Assembly: GCA_947175175.1 (NCBI GenBank)
Contig: CAMWLV010000001.1
Location: 2,358-66,357, forward strand
DNA length: 64,000 bases
Reading direction: 5' to 3'
From: an uncultured Lachnospiraceae bacterium
GTDB taxonomy: Bacteria; Bacillota; Clostridia; Lachnospirales; Lachnospiraceae
Position 1 is the stretch's first letter, and each line of letters begins with the position of its first letter. This document shows positions 39,745-49,277 of the stretch, piece after piece. Below the pieces are notes generated by a model. The model searched no databases. It was not told the origin of the DNA and saw only the letters and a list, made by a program, of their open reading frames with translations. The translations under genes and the position numbers were made by a program.

Positions 39745-41913
39745 CTATTTCACTCCCAAAAACCGTATCAGAATCCTGCGCAGCTCATCCACGTCAATCG
39801 GCTTCGACAGGAAATCATCAAAACCTTCGCGCAGCATCTCCTCGCGTACCCCGGTCACTGCATTCGCTGTCAGGAGCACAATCGGAATCTGGCTTATGTC
39901 ATCGTCCATCACCCGTATTTTCTTCATAGTCTCCAGTCCGTCCATCTCCGGCATCATGTGATCCATAAAGATCATGTCAAAACGCTCCCCTTTTTCCAGA
40001 AGCTCCAGGCATTCAAAACCAGACATCACCGTCTGTGTGCGCATTCCCAGAAGCTCCATGATTCCCGATGCCACGTCACAGTTAAGTTCATTGTCGTCCA
40101 CAATCAGTATCCTGCCGCTGTTGATCGAAATATCCTCTCCGGCTGCATTTTCTTCGATCTCAGTACTTTTATCATCATAGCCAATCTCCTGCCAGATGCT
40201 GACGATAAATTTTGTACCTTTGCCATAAGTACTTTCATAGGTAATGGTTCCACCCAGCATATCTACAAAGCCCTTGACGATAGATAGTCCGAGTCCGCTT
40301 CCCTCCACAAGATAATTCTCCTGCCTGTCAAGCCTCTCGAACTTGGAGAATACCTTGCCATAATCCTCCTCCTTGATTCCGATTCCTGTATCCTCCACCT
40401 CAATCCGCAGCAGCACTCTCTTTTCCTCCGTCTCCTTCTGCAGAACGCGCAGTGTGACACTCCCTTTTCTCGTGTATTTGAGTCCGTTATTGATCAGGTT
40501 GGTTACAATCTCCTGGATTTTCACGCGGTCGCCGTACAGATACTCGGGTATCGCATCATCGATCTCCATCAGGAAAGCCAGTCCCGCATTCCCCGCCTGT
40601 GCTTCCATCATCGACCGAATCTCACCAATCAGCTTCCTAAAACGATAGTTTACCTTGACATTCTCCATCTTGCCGGTCTCAATCTTGGAAATGTCTAGAA
40701 TCTCATTGATCAGGTGCAGGAGTGTACGCGAGGACTCCTTGATATTTCTGATATATCCATGGACAAGTGTCTCGTCCCCCGACCGCAGCGCCATCTCCGC
40801 ATAACCCACGATCGAGTTCATCGGTGTTCGTATCTCGTGAGACATGTGCGCAAGAAAATTCGTCTTTGCCTGATTTGCCTTCTCGGATTCCTCCCGCAGC
40901 CGTATCATCTCATTGGTATACTGGTCAATAAACGTCATGTCAAATATCCATACAATATATCCCTGTATATCGCTGCTGCCAATTTTCTGCTTGATCTCCG
41001 AAATACGAATCTCATAATGCTTTTCTTCAAACTCATATACAAATTCATTTGCCCCGTGAAACAGATCAAAGTTCAGCTCACCGTCCTGCTCGAAAACTCT
41101 TTTCACAAAATGATCCGCCACAGGATTTGCATATAAGATAACACTCTTGGTATTGTCGACAACAATGACACCGTCCTTCGTATCCTCCAGAATGCGTTCT
41201 CGCGCAAGCTCTAACGTGTACAGAAGCCCATACCGCTCCGCCGCGATCAAAAAACACACCTCCGTCATCACGATCGCAAGTGTCGCCGGGTCGAAATATT
41301 TTGGCTGGAGTATCAAAAATACAACTGCCGCCACCGTAGGCGAAGCCACTGCCAGAAAGATAAGGCTCATGCGCATCTTGGCAATGCGTGATCCCCGTTT
41401 GATCTCTCTCCACGCAATGAATACATATAACAGTGCAGTCAACATCAGCAATCCGATCCAAATATAATAAAAGGGGCCTTTTCCCAGAATCATTGCCGCC
41501 CTTCCGTTGGGACGAATCTCACACTCGATCGTTTTATAGTACAGATGGGTTCTCTCACAGGTCATGATGGAAGCCAATATAATCGTATTGATGATACCCA
41601 GAAATTTAATCAGATTTTTGGGAAGCCTCACACTGCTGTATCCGCTCACAAACATCAGTCCAAAAGTCATGATGTAGCATTTCCCAATATATGCCATCTT
41701 AATCGCCACCATCGCTTCGTCAGGAGAAGTCGAATACACTTCCAGCGCATTGCCAGCACAGGCAATAAAACCACACAGACTGGTCAGCATCAAATTGCGC
41801 TGGTTATCAGACGACTTTACCCGCAAAAATTTCACACAGCACACAAAGCTAATGAACATGCCAAATAATTCAAATAGTTTATAAATTGTCTCCATAAAGT
41901 ACCTCATCATCAA
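39745..41913 (-). CDS. Hybrid histidine kinase/receiver with N-terminal 7TM-type sensor
   Basis: Multiple TM helices; FLAHMSHEIRTPMN, GSGLGL; C-terminal receiver (IVDDN, FMDHMMP). Confidence 0.9.
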   Translation of the reverse strand: MMMRYFMETIYKLFELFGMFISFVCCVKFLRVKSSDNQRNLMLTSLCGFIACAGNALEVYSTSPDEAMVAIKMAYIGKCYIMTFGLMFVSGYSSVRLPKNLIKFLGIINTIILASIMTCERTHLYYKTIECEIRPNGRAAMILGKGPFYYIWIGLLMLTALLYVFIAWREIKRGSRIAKMRMSLIFLAVASPTVAAVVFLILQPKYFDPATLAIVMTEVCFLIAAERYGLLYTLELARERILEDTKDGVIVVDNTKSVILYANPVADHFVKRVFEQDGELNFDLFHGANEFVYEFEEKHYEIRISEIKQKIGSSDIQGYIVWIFDMTFIDQYTNEMIRLREESEKANQAKTNFLAHMSHEIRTPMNSIVGYAEMALRSGDETLVHGYIRNIKESSRTLLHLINEILDISKIETGKMENVKVNYRFRKLIGEIRSMMEAQAGNAGLAFLMEIDDAIPEYLYGDRVKIQEIVTNLINNGLKYTRKGSVTLRVLQKETEEKRVLLRIEVEDTGIGIKEEDYGKVFSKFERLDRQENYLVEGSGLGLSIVKGFVDMLGGTITYESTYGKGTKFIVSIWQEIGYDDKSTEIEENAAGEDISINSGRILIVDDNELNCDVASGIMELLGMRTQTVMSGFECLELLEKGERFDMIFMDHMMPEMDGLETMKKIRVMDDDISQIPIVLLTANAVTGVREEMLREGFDDFLSKPIDVDELRRILIRFLGVK

Positions 41914-41968
41914 AATGCATCAAGTAATATATACCAGTGTAACATACTTTCAGAATATTTAGAAGATA

Positions 41969-43126
41969 TCACAATTTATTTTTGCAGTACTGATACGCCC
42001 GCCCTGCAATGTCCTGATTCTGTGCAAATAAGCGAATCGCCGCCCTGAGGGCAACATCTGTTGTGTCCACTGCATCCGCTGCATTTTCCGCCTTTATTGT
42101 CTGGACATACTCCTCTTTTCCCTTCTGGCCCTGTGCTTCGCCCTCTGTCAACACTGCCCTGACTGCGCCAGCTGCCAAACCGTTTAATCTCCTAAAATGA
42201 TTCATGACCGCCGCATAGTCATTTTGCTGTTCCAAAAAGCAATGTCCATATTCCGCCAGCTCCAGGTTTGCAGTTGACACCGCCTGCAGGCAGAGTTTGC
42301 ATTCGCCATTGATATCAGACGCCTCCATCAGAATATCAGGTCTTTGTTTCAATACAGTCTCAAAATATGCCTTTGCACCGACCGCATCTTTTTTGTAAAA
42401 AAATTCTGCCATCTTTGTAGTGACTTCCTTGGTCTCTTTTTTCTCTCCGATCATCGCAACCCTGCACTCATACGCCCTAAGATGCTTTGCCGTCACCCAT
42501 ACATACAACAAAAATTCAGAGATAAACCCAAACACGCGCTTATGATAATCGTCCTCAAATGTCAGATCAATGCGGTTCTGCAGCTCGAAAAAGATTGTAA
42601 AAAGCCATTCGCAGTACGCATCATACAGTTCTTTCCCCGCCACCATGATATTACCAAAATACGTTTTATTCTGATGTACCAAACTGACAAATGTGTCATA
42701 ATATTCCGGGTAAAGTTCTGCGATGATGTCTCCTGTCTCGTCGAGTGTGCTGACCTTGTGGTGTGCGCCAAATCCATTTCTGTAGGAGCCCGGAAGCTCG
42801 AGCTGTTTTGTCGTGACAATATCATACTCCTCCAAAATCCGTTCATACTCCGCCTCTGAAAAGACATACCCCTCCTCGCTTGTGAGAAAACGCCGATAAT
42901 GACATATCCCCACACAGTCCGCATCCTTATAATTTTTCCAAACCCAGTAGACACCGGAAAGCTCCGCATAATAGCAGTTTAAATCGGATATGTTATCACC
43001 AGTATCATCCCCCAAATATCCAAAGTCTTCCCCTGCATTTTTATGTCCGACGTGAAGCGGTATATACATCGAATCGCTGGGAACCTCAAAACGCTTATGT
43101 GTCATTGCAAAAATTTTAACAGACAT
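41969..43126 (-). CDS. DUF4422-like putative glycosyltransferase with C-terminal extension
   Basis: DDTGDNISDLNCYYAELSGVYWVWKN, GICHYRRF, RVFGFISE. Confidence 0.75.
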   Translation of the reverse strand: MSVKIFAMTHKRFEVPSDSMYIPLHVGHKNAGEDFGYLGDDTGDNISDLNCYYAELSGVYWVWKNYKDADCVGICHYRRFLTSEEGYVFSEAEYERILEEYDIVTTKQLELPGSYRNGFGAHHKVSTLDETGDIIAELYPEYYDTFVSLVHQNKTYFGNIMVAGKELYDAYCEWLFTIFFELQNRIDLTFEDDYHKRVFGFISEFLLYVWVTAKHLRAYECRVAMIGEKKETKEVTTKMAEFFYKKDAVGAKAYFETVLKQRPDILMEASDINGECKLCLQAVSTANLELAEYGHCFLEQQNDYAAVMNHFRRLNGLAAGAVRAVLTEGEAQGQKGKEEYVQTIKAENAADAVDTTDVALRAAIRLFAQNQDIAGRAYQYCKNKL

Positions 43127-43420
43127 CCTTCTTGTCTCCTTTGTTTTAAATTGAACAATTATTATAATTATAAATGTTTGCTCTCTATAATAATATGTTA
43201 CTGTGTGTCCATCGACGGACACAGTAACATATTCATTATATAGTCGTAACAGGATTTGCACAATGCATAAGATAAAATCAGGTATCTCTGCTCGCGGCAT
43301 TTGTTTTTTTGTATAAAAAAACAACCCTGACGGGCTGTTTAGATTATAGACTACTAACCCAAAAAGCAACTGTCTGATTCTTGGGTTAGTAATTTTACTG
43401 GTATAATGTACAATAAAGAA

Positions 43421-44857
43421 TTATCTTCCCTTGACCTTTATCGCGGCGATCTTATCCTGTACTTCGAGCATCTTTTCCCTGTCTAATGGATAGAACTTCA
43501 TAGCCACCAGGCTGGCGATCCAGCCTAAAATAGGCATGCCGATGAACAGGAAAATGGTAACCCAGAAAATTCCGGAAGTCAGGGGATCCTCCTGCGTTGG
43601 AAACCGATCCGCAAAACCGATGAGTACGCAAAACCAGCCTACGATGGTGGTAGCGAAGGAGGAAATCACTTTGTCAAAAAAGCCAAACACAGTTCCCATC
43701 AAAGCAGGAGCGTAGTTGCCAGACTGATACAGTTCATAGTCAGCACAATCGGCGATCATAGGAGTTGCCAAACCAACATTAATATTGGCAAAACCATAGA
43801 CTAGGGTGTAAAGAACGATAAATCCAACAGTCATAAAACCGATATGCTCCAGTGAAATCTGAGTTGGATCACCAAAAATCAGCAGCGCACCCAACAGCGA
43901 TGTGGTAATAATACTACCCCATGTAAACAGGACTGTTGCCCGTTTGGATGAAAACCGTGCTGCAACGCTGGTACCGATGATGATCAGAATCATACTGGGA
44001 ATCAGTGTGATCATGGACATCCGGCTCAGCAGAGCATAATTCCCCATGATGATGCCGTACAACATAATGCCGACCACAGAATTTTGCCGGATCTGAGTTG
44101 CCAGCTTGTCAGTGGAGGCCGCCACGACCAGCATTTGGATGGCACGGTTGCTCTTGATGATCCTGAAGATATCTTTAAAACCATAGCTGGCCTGCTCACC
44201 CAGTTTTGCATAAGTCTCCGGCTGATCCTTTTCCCAAATTCCAATAATGGCCAGAATCGTGAGCACCAAAGAGATAGGACCGAAAGTAAATATTACTTCC
44301 CTGAACAGATCAGCAGTAAATCCGTGATGCTTATTGACCAAAAAGTCAGTGATGTACAGTGCCATACCCGCAAACAGTAATGCGTTGATAATACTGTCAA
44401 TGCGGGCAAACATTGGCCGCTGCTTGGGGTCATTGGTCAGCACGGTCTGTCCGCCGCGGGTGGCGGCGTTCTGGAAGGTGTAGCCGACGATGTACACCAG
44501 ATAGATCACTGTCCAATAGATGATTTTCAAAGGTCCATCCGGCACCAAATGGGTAGTAGTAAACATCAGCACCACAGTCCCCAGCATGATCAGATTGCCC
44601 AGCAACATAAACGGGCGGAATTTTCCGAACCTGCCATTAGTCTTATCAACAAAATAGCCGACAATAGGATCGGTAATGCCATCCCAAAAACGGGCAGCCA
44701 TCATGATATTGGAGACAAGCATTACAGCTAACCCTGCCACATTGCCTGCATAGAGGTTGACAAAACCCATCAAGGATAGATAAACATTCGATGCGGTGTT
44801 GTTGAACACAAACAGCAGAAGCTGCCACCATTTTGCACGGTTGAATTGTTGTTCCAT
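43421..44857 (-). CDS. GPH-family (MFS) glycoside-cation symporter
   Basis: RFWDGITDPIVGYFVDKTNGRFGKFRPF, MIADCADYE. Confidence 0.88.
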   Translation of the reverse strand: MEQQFNRAKWWQLLLFVFNNTASNVYLSLMGFVNLYAGNVAGLAVMLVSNIMMAARFWDGITDPIVGYFVDKTNGRFGKFRPFMLLGNLIMLGTVVLMFTTTHLVPDGPLKIIYWTVIYLVYIVGYTFQNAATRGGQTVLTNDPKQRPMFARIDSIINALLFAGMALYITDFLVNKHHGFTADLFREVIFTFGPISLVLTILAIIGIWEKDQPETYAKLGEQASYGFKDIFRIIKSNRAIQMLVVAASTDKLATQIRQNSVVGIMLYGIIMGNYALLSRMSMITLIPSMILIIIGTSVAARFSSKRATVLFTWGSIITTSLLGALLIFGDPTQISLEHIGFMTVGFIVLYTLVYGFANINVGLATPMIADCADYELYQSGNYAPALMGTVFGFFDKVISSFATTIVGWFCVLIGFADRFPTQEDPLTSGIFWVTIFLFIGMPILGWIASLVAMKFYPLDREKMLEVQDKIAAIKVKGR

Positions 44858-44904
44858 TGTATTTCTCCTCTCATTTTCTTTGTGTACAGTCTCTCTTTTC
44901 CTGG

Positions 44905-46092
44905 TTACCACTCAAATAGAGCCTTCCCTTTCAGGCGCAGGATCGCCTCAATGAGATAGTAGTCGGCATAGATGATGGGAACCTCAGTATTCTCCCCAGT
45001 AGGATCGTGATAAAAGAAGGTACCGCCCGTCATAATAGAATCCGTCTCAGGATCCCAGTTGGCAAACTTCGCATCACAGGCGCGGAGGATGCGGTAGGCA
45101 GCCTTGATATAGAACCTCTTCTCGTGCTCACTCACGTGTTCGGCAATCTCCAGCAGACCGCAGGCAATACACATGGCGGCAGTAGAGTCATATTTCACCG
45201 GCTCTGCCGGAGCTCGAAAATCCACCAGAGGCAGCCAGTCGTTCACCGCCAGGTTGGCGATACAGTAGTGTGCACACCGCTTAGCAGTATCCAGAAATGT
45301 CTCATCCCCCGTGTGGCGGTAACTCAATGCAAAGCCATACACTGCCCATGACTGTCCCCGGCTCCAGGAAGAACCCGACTCATAGCCCTGCCCGCCAGGA
45401 TTGTTCAAATATGCACCGCTGTCCGGATCAAATGCCACGATGTGGTTGCAGCTGCCATCGGGCCGGGTAATGTACTGCTGGGCAGTTTTGGCGTGGTTGA
45501 CGGCGATTTTCCTGAACCGGGGATCCTTCGTCTCCTCAGAAGCCCAATATAACAAGGGGATATTCATCATGCAGTCAATGATCATCCAACCACGGATATC
45601 GCCGCCGCCAAAATGCTCGGTCATTTTAGCCATCTCATCGTTCCATGCACGGATGAACCTGCCATCTAAATTATAGCGCGCGGAAAGTGTGCTGGCAGCC
45701 ATCAGACCACGACGTCGGGCATCCTTATCACCTGTTTTGCGATAATTCGCCACAGAGGACAACAGAAACAAAAATCCCGCATCGTGATCTACTGTTTCGG
45801 GACTCCTAAGCAATACATCCAACCGCTCCTCCACGCCAACAGCAGCCTTGCGGTACTCCTCGTCACCGGTAGCCTCGTACATCTGCCACAGCATTCCCGG
45901 CCAGAAACCGTTGGTCCAGAATCCAATGCCCCAAGGCCCCTCCTCAATGTCATGATACTTCCCATCCTTTCCTGTGGTATACGGAATCATGGTTCCTATC
46001 CGCTCACACTCTGCCTTCATCTTCACCAACAGCTTGTCGTACACACCGTCCAGCCACTCCTGATTGGAACATCCAGTCCTTTTTTCTTCCAT
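44905..46092 (-). CDS. Unsaturated glucuronyl hydrolase, GH88
   Basis: WTNGFWPG, HDAGFLF, IIDCMMN, WSRGQSWAVYGF, DSTA, YADYY. Confidence 0.9.
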   Translation of the reverse strand: MEEKRTGCSNQEWLDGVYDKLLVKMKAECERIGTMIPYTTGKDGKYHDIEEGPWGIGFWTNGFWPGMLWQMYEATGDEEYRKAAVGVEERLDVLLRSPETVDHDAGFLFLLSSVANYRKTGDKDARRRGLMAASTLSARYNLDGRFIRAWNDEMAKMTEHFGGGDIRGWMIIDCMMNIPLLYWASEETKDPRFRKIAVNHAKTAQQYITRPDGSCNHIVAFDPDSGAYLNNPGGQGYESGSSWSRGQSWAVYGFALSYRHTGDETFLDTAKRCAHYCIANLAVNDWLPLVDFRAPAEPVKYDSTAAMCIACGLLEIAEHVSEHEKRFYIKAAYRILRACDAKFANWDPETDSIMTGGTFFYHDPTGENTEVPIIYADYYLIEAILRLKGKALFEW

Positions 46093-46175
46093 TTTGCGTC
46101 CTCCTTTTTTTGCATTGTTAATAAAATATTCTGACCATTTTTTTTGGCAGAATATGTATATAATGATATTTTAGC

Positions 46176-46226
46176 AAAAAAAAACAGACACCGTTAGAAA
46201 TAATAGGCGTCTGTTAGAAATAATAG
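46176..46226. promoter_or_regulatory. Direct repeat (probable AraC site) overlapping a terminator hairpin
   Basis: GTTAGAAATAATAG at 46193..46206 and 46213..46226; hairpin AACAGACACC...GGCGTCTGTT followed by a minus-strand poly-T. Confidence 0.55.
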
Positions 46227-46242
46227 ATTTTTTTTCACCAGT

Positions 46243-47451
46243 TCATTCCGTTGAACCAGGAAACCAGCTCGAACGCTGATAACTTTGAGGCGAAATCCCC
46301 TGATTGGCTTTGAATACTTTTGAAAAATAATTGTTGTCCGGGTAGCCCACATAGGCAGCGGCCTCTTGGACACTAATCCCGCTATCCCGCAACAGCTCCG
46401 CTGCGATTTCGCAGCGCCGTTTAGCCAGATACTGTTTGACTGTCATGCCGGTTTCCTGCCCGAACACCCTTGTCAACAGATGCCGGTCTACTCCCACAGC
46501 CCTGGAAATTTCCGCCACGGTCAGCGGCTGGCTTAGATTGATGTCCATGTAGTCTATAGCCTTTCTGACACAGGGAGAGTATTGATTCTCCCACATTGCC
46601 CGCACCTCGGCACAAATGCGTTCTACCATCAACCGCTGGAGATAGTATAGTTCAGACACAGAAGTAGTGTGTTTCATTTTCTGGGCAAACTCCTGACTGA
46701 TGGCATCAATGCGCACCGCGTTCAGTCCTGCCCGGATAGCTCCCATTCGAATCAGGGTTCTAACAATGGCAGCTCCGGTAATTTGATCCGTCAGATCGTT
46801 AGACATGAACCGCAGATCGGAGCTCACCGTCTTGAACCCGCGTATGAACTCCACTGCATTCTCCGTTTCACCTCGGCTGATGGCAATGATAAAACGCTCC
46901 TCCATAGCGTATCGTTTGTTGATGATGGAGATGTCATGGTAGGCTCCGGGAAAAGTTTGCCCTGATTCCCGCTTGCCTAGTTCCACCTGGATTGACTTTA
47001 CCTTTTGCGGGTCAATCCCGTTGTCAAAGTGCGTCACCACCAGTAGAGCTGTCTTGAACACATAATCACGATCAGAGATGGGCAGCTTACAACGATATGC
47101 CTGATAAGGTATCACCACGGACTCAGACGCACCCAGCTTAGTTAACAGGACACGGGCGGCGGGCTCGTTCCAGCCTTCCTCCACATAAGGCCCCAACAAC
47201 ACCCAATAATCTCTGGCTTTGAATACCATCAACCGAGAGCCCAAGGGTTCCACCAAATCATAGATCAGACCACCTACACAGCTTTTCAAAAATGTTTCCA
47301 GCTGCACGGCAGTATATATTCCCTGTATCTGCTGCAAAAAGCAGTATTTGCGTTCAAAGCCTTCCAATACGTCTGTCCCGCTGTTATATATCGTCACTTC
47401 TATTCCCGTCAGCACGGGAATCAAAACAGCTGCGGATTCCAAAAAATCCAT
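46243..47451 (-). CDS. AraC-family regulator with a long N-terminal sensor region
   Basis: C-terminal AraC HTH (VGYPDNNYFSKVFK). Confidence 0.85.
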   Translation of the reverse strand: MDFLESAAVLIPVLTGIEVTIYNSGTDVLEGFERKYCFLQQIQGIYTAVQLETFLKSCVGGLIYDLVEPLGSRLMVFKARDYWVLLGPYVEEGWNEPAARVLLTKLGASESVVIPYQAYRCKLPISDRDYVFKTALLVVTHFDNGIDPQKVKSIQVELGKRESGQTFPGAYHDISIINKRYAMEERFIIAISRGETENAVEFIRGFKTVSSDLRFMSNDLTDQITGAAIVRTLIRMGAIRAGLNAVRIDAISQEFAQKMKHTTSVSELYYLQRLMVERICAEVRAMWENQYSPCVRKAIDYMDINLSQPLTVAEISRAVGVDRHLLTRVFGQETGMTVKQYLAKRRCEIAAELLRDSGISVQEAAAYVGYPDNNYFSKVFKANQGISPQSYQRSSWFPGSTE

Positions 47452-47543
47452 ATTACCCACTCCTGTTCCAGTGCTCCCGCTCATTATGCTCGTCTATACA
47501 AAACGTCTCATAATTGTAGCTGATTTAATCAATCCTTTTTATT

Positions 47544-49277
47544 TTATGGCATATTCCAAGTCTGATGATCCGTATGTAACAGCATATGTGCCTTGTGGGA
47601 CAATGGCTTTTCCATGAACTCCTCATAAAGCCGCTGCACTGCCTTATTCTCGTGTGAAAATCTGACAGGCGCTGTCTCGTCCAATGTTCTCAGATTTTTA
47701 CTTCTCTCCGTCGCAAGCTCACATCCGTCCTTGATCGGCTGTCCGCCGCCGCCGACACAGCCACCGGGGCACGCCATGACCTCCACAAAATCATAGTGCA
47801 CTTCCCCACGCTCGAGAGCTTCTATCAACTCTCTTGTATTGGCAAGACCATTGACAACGGCAGTCTTGATCGTCAGGTCATTGATATGAAACTCAGCTTC
47901 CTTCCAGTTTGGCTGCTCCCGCGTGCTCCTGACTTCCTCAAATGCATCTGCATCAGGATTCTCACCTGTGATAAGATAATATGCAGAACGAAGCGCCGCC
48001 TCCATAACGCCGCCTGTCGTGCCGAAAATCACGCCAGCACCTGTCCCATCTGCCATGGGATCATCACATGGGATATCTTCAAGTATGTCGGGATCAATGT
48101 GTGCCATACGAATCATACGCGTCAACTCTCTTGTCGTGAGTACTACATCTACATCATGACCTGCATACTCCTCATAAAACAGTTCCATATTGCGCTCGCC
48201 TTTTTTCGCCAGACATGGCATGACTGATACCGTCACCATATCCTCAGGTGCAACGCCGATTTTTTTCGCAAAATATGTTTTCATCACTGCACCAAACATC
48301 TGCTGAGGCGACTTGGCCGTAGAAAGCCGCGACACCAGATGCGGGTACTGCGATTTCACAAAGCGCACCCACCCTGGGCAGCATGATGTAAACATAGGCA
48401 TCTGCGTCGTATCCCCTTTCTGGAAACGCTCCACAAACTCATTGCCCTCCTCCATAATCGTGAGATCCGCAGAAAATACGGTATCAAATACATAATCAAA
48501 GCCGATTTTTTTCAGTGCATCGGCAATTTTCCCCATCGTAGCTTCTTCACTAGAAAGTCCGAACACTTCCCCCCACGCAGTACGGACTGCGGGCGCCACC
48601 TGCACAACAGTAACCTTTTCCTTGTTCTCGATCGCCCACCATGCCTTCTCTGTATCGTCGCGCTCCCTGAGTGCACCTACCGGACAGTGCGTAATGCATT
48701 GTCCGCATAAAGCACAGTCGGACTCCTCGATTTTCCTGTTTCCAGACACATATACTCCAGTGCGTGAACCTGTTCCTTCCACGTCCCATACCTTGACACC
48801 CTGTACTTTTTCGCATACAGAGATGCAGCGCATACACTTAATACACTTGTCATTATCCCGTATCAATGGAAAGTTCTTGTTCCACGGAAGCGGTGTCAAC
48901 TCTTTCTCATATGGCACATCAAGGATATTCAAGTCTCTCGTTATTGTCTGCAGAGAACAATTCCTGTTTCTGGCACAGGTCACACAGTTGCTGTTGTGCT
49001 GTGAGAGTATCATCTCCACCGTCTTTTTGCGGTTCCTGCGGACTTTCGGGCTGTTAGTATAGACAATCATGCCCTCCTCTACCTTGTTGTTGCAGGAAGT
49101 GACAAGCTTATCCTTGCCCTCGATCTCCACAACACACACGCGGCAGGCGCCGATTTCATTGATATCTTTTAAAAAGCACAGCTTCGGAATGGGAATCCCT
49201 GCGATATTTGCCGCATCCATAATGGTGATTCCCTCTGGTACTTCAATTGCTTTCTGATCGATTGTAAGCTTTACCAT
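47544..49277 (-). CDS. hydA: [FeFe]-hydrogenase group A catalytic subunit with accessory FeS clusters
   Basis: H-cluster motifs FTSCCPGW, MPCLAKKGE, EVMACPGGCVGGGGQP; N-terminal 2Fe-2S and 2x[4Fe-4S] Cys motifs. Confidence 0.93.
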   Translation of the reverse strand: MVKLTIDQKAIEVPEGITIMDAANIAGIPIPKLCFLKDINEIGACRVCVVEIEGKDKLVTSCNNKVEEGMIVYTNSPKVRRNRKKTVEMILSQHNSNCVTCARNRNCSLQTITRDLNILDVPYEKELTPLPWNKNFPLIRDNDKCIKCMRCISVCEKVQGVKVWDVEGTGSRTGVYVSGNRKIEESDCALCGQCITHCPVGALRERDDTEKAWWAIENKEKVTVVQVAPAVRTAWGEVFGLSSEEATMGKIADALKKIGFDYVFDTVFSADLTIMEEGNEFVERFQKGDTTQMPMFTSCCPGWVRFVKSQYPHLVSRLSTAKSPQQMFGAVMKTYFAKKIGVAPEDMVTVSVMPCLAKKGERNMELFYEEYAGHDVDVVLTTRELTRMIRMAHIDPDILEDIPCDDPMADGTGAGVIFGTTGGVMEAALRSAYYLITGENPDADAFEEVRSTREQPNWKEAEFHINDLTIKTAVVNGLANTRELIEALERGEVHYDFVEVMACPGGCVGGGGQPIKDGCELATERSKNLRTLDETAPVRFSHENKAVQRLYEEFMEKPLSHKAHMLLHTDHQTWNMP

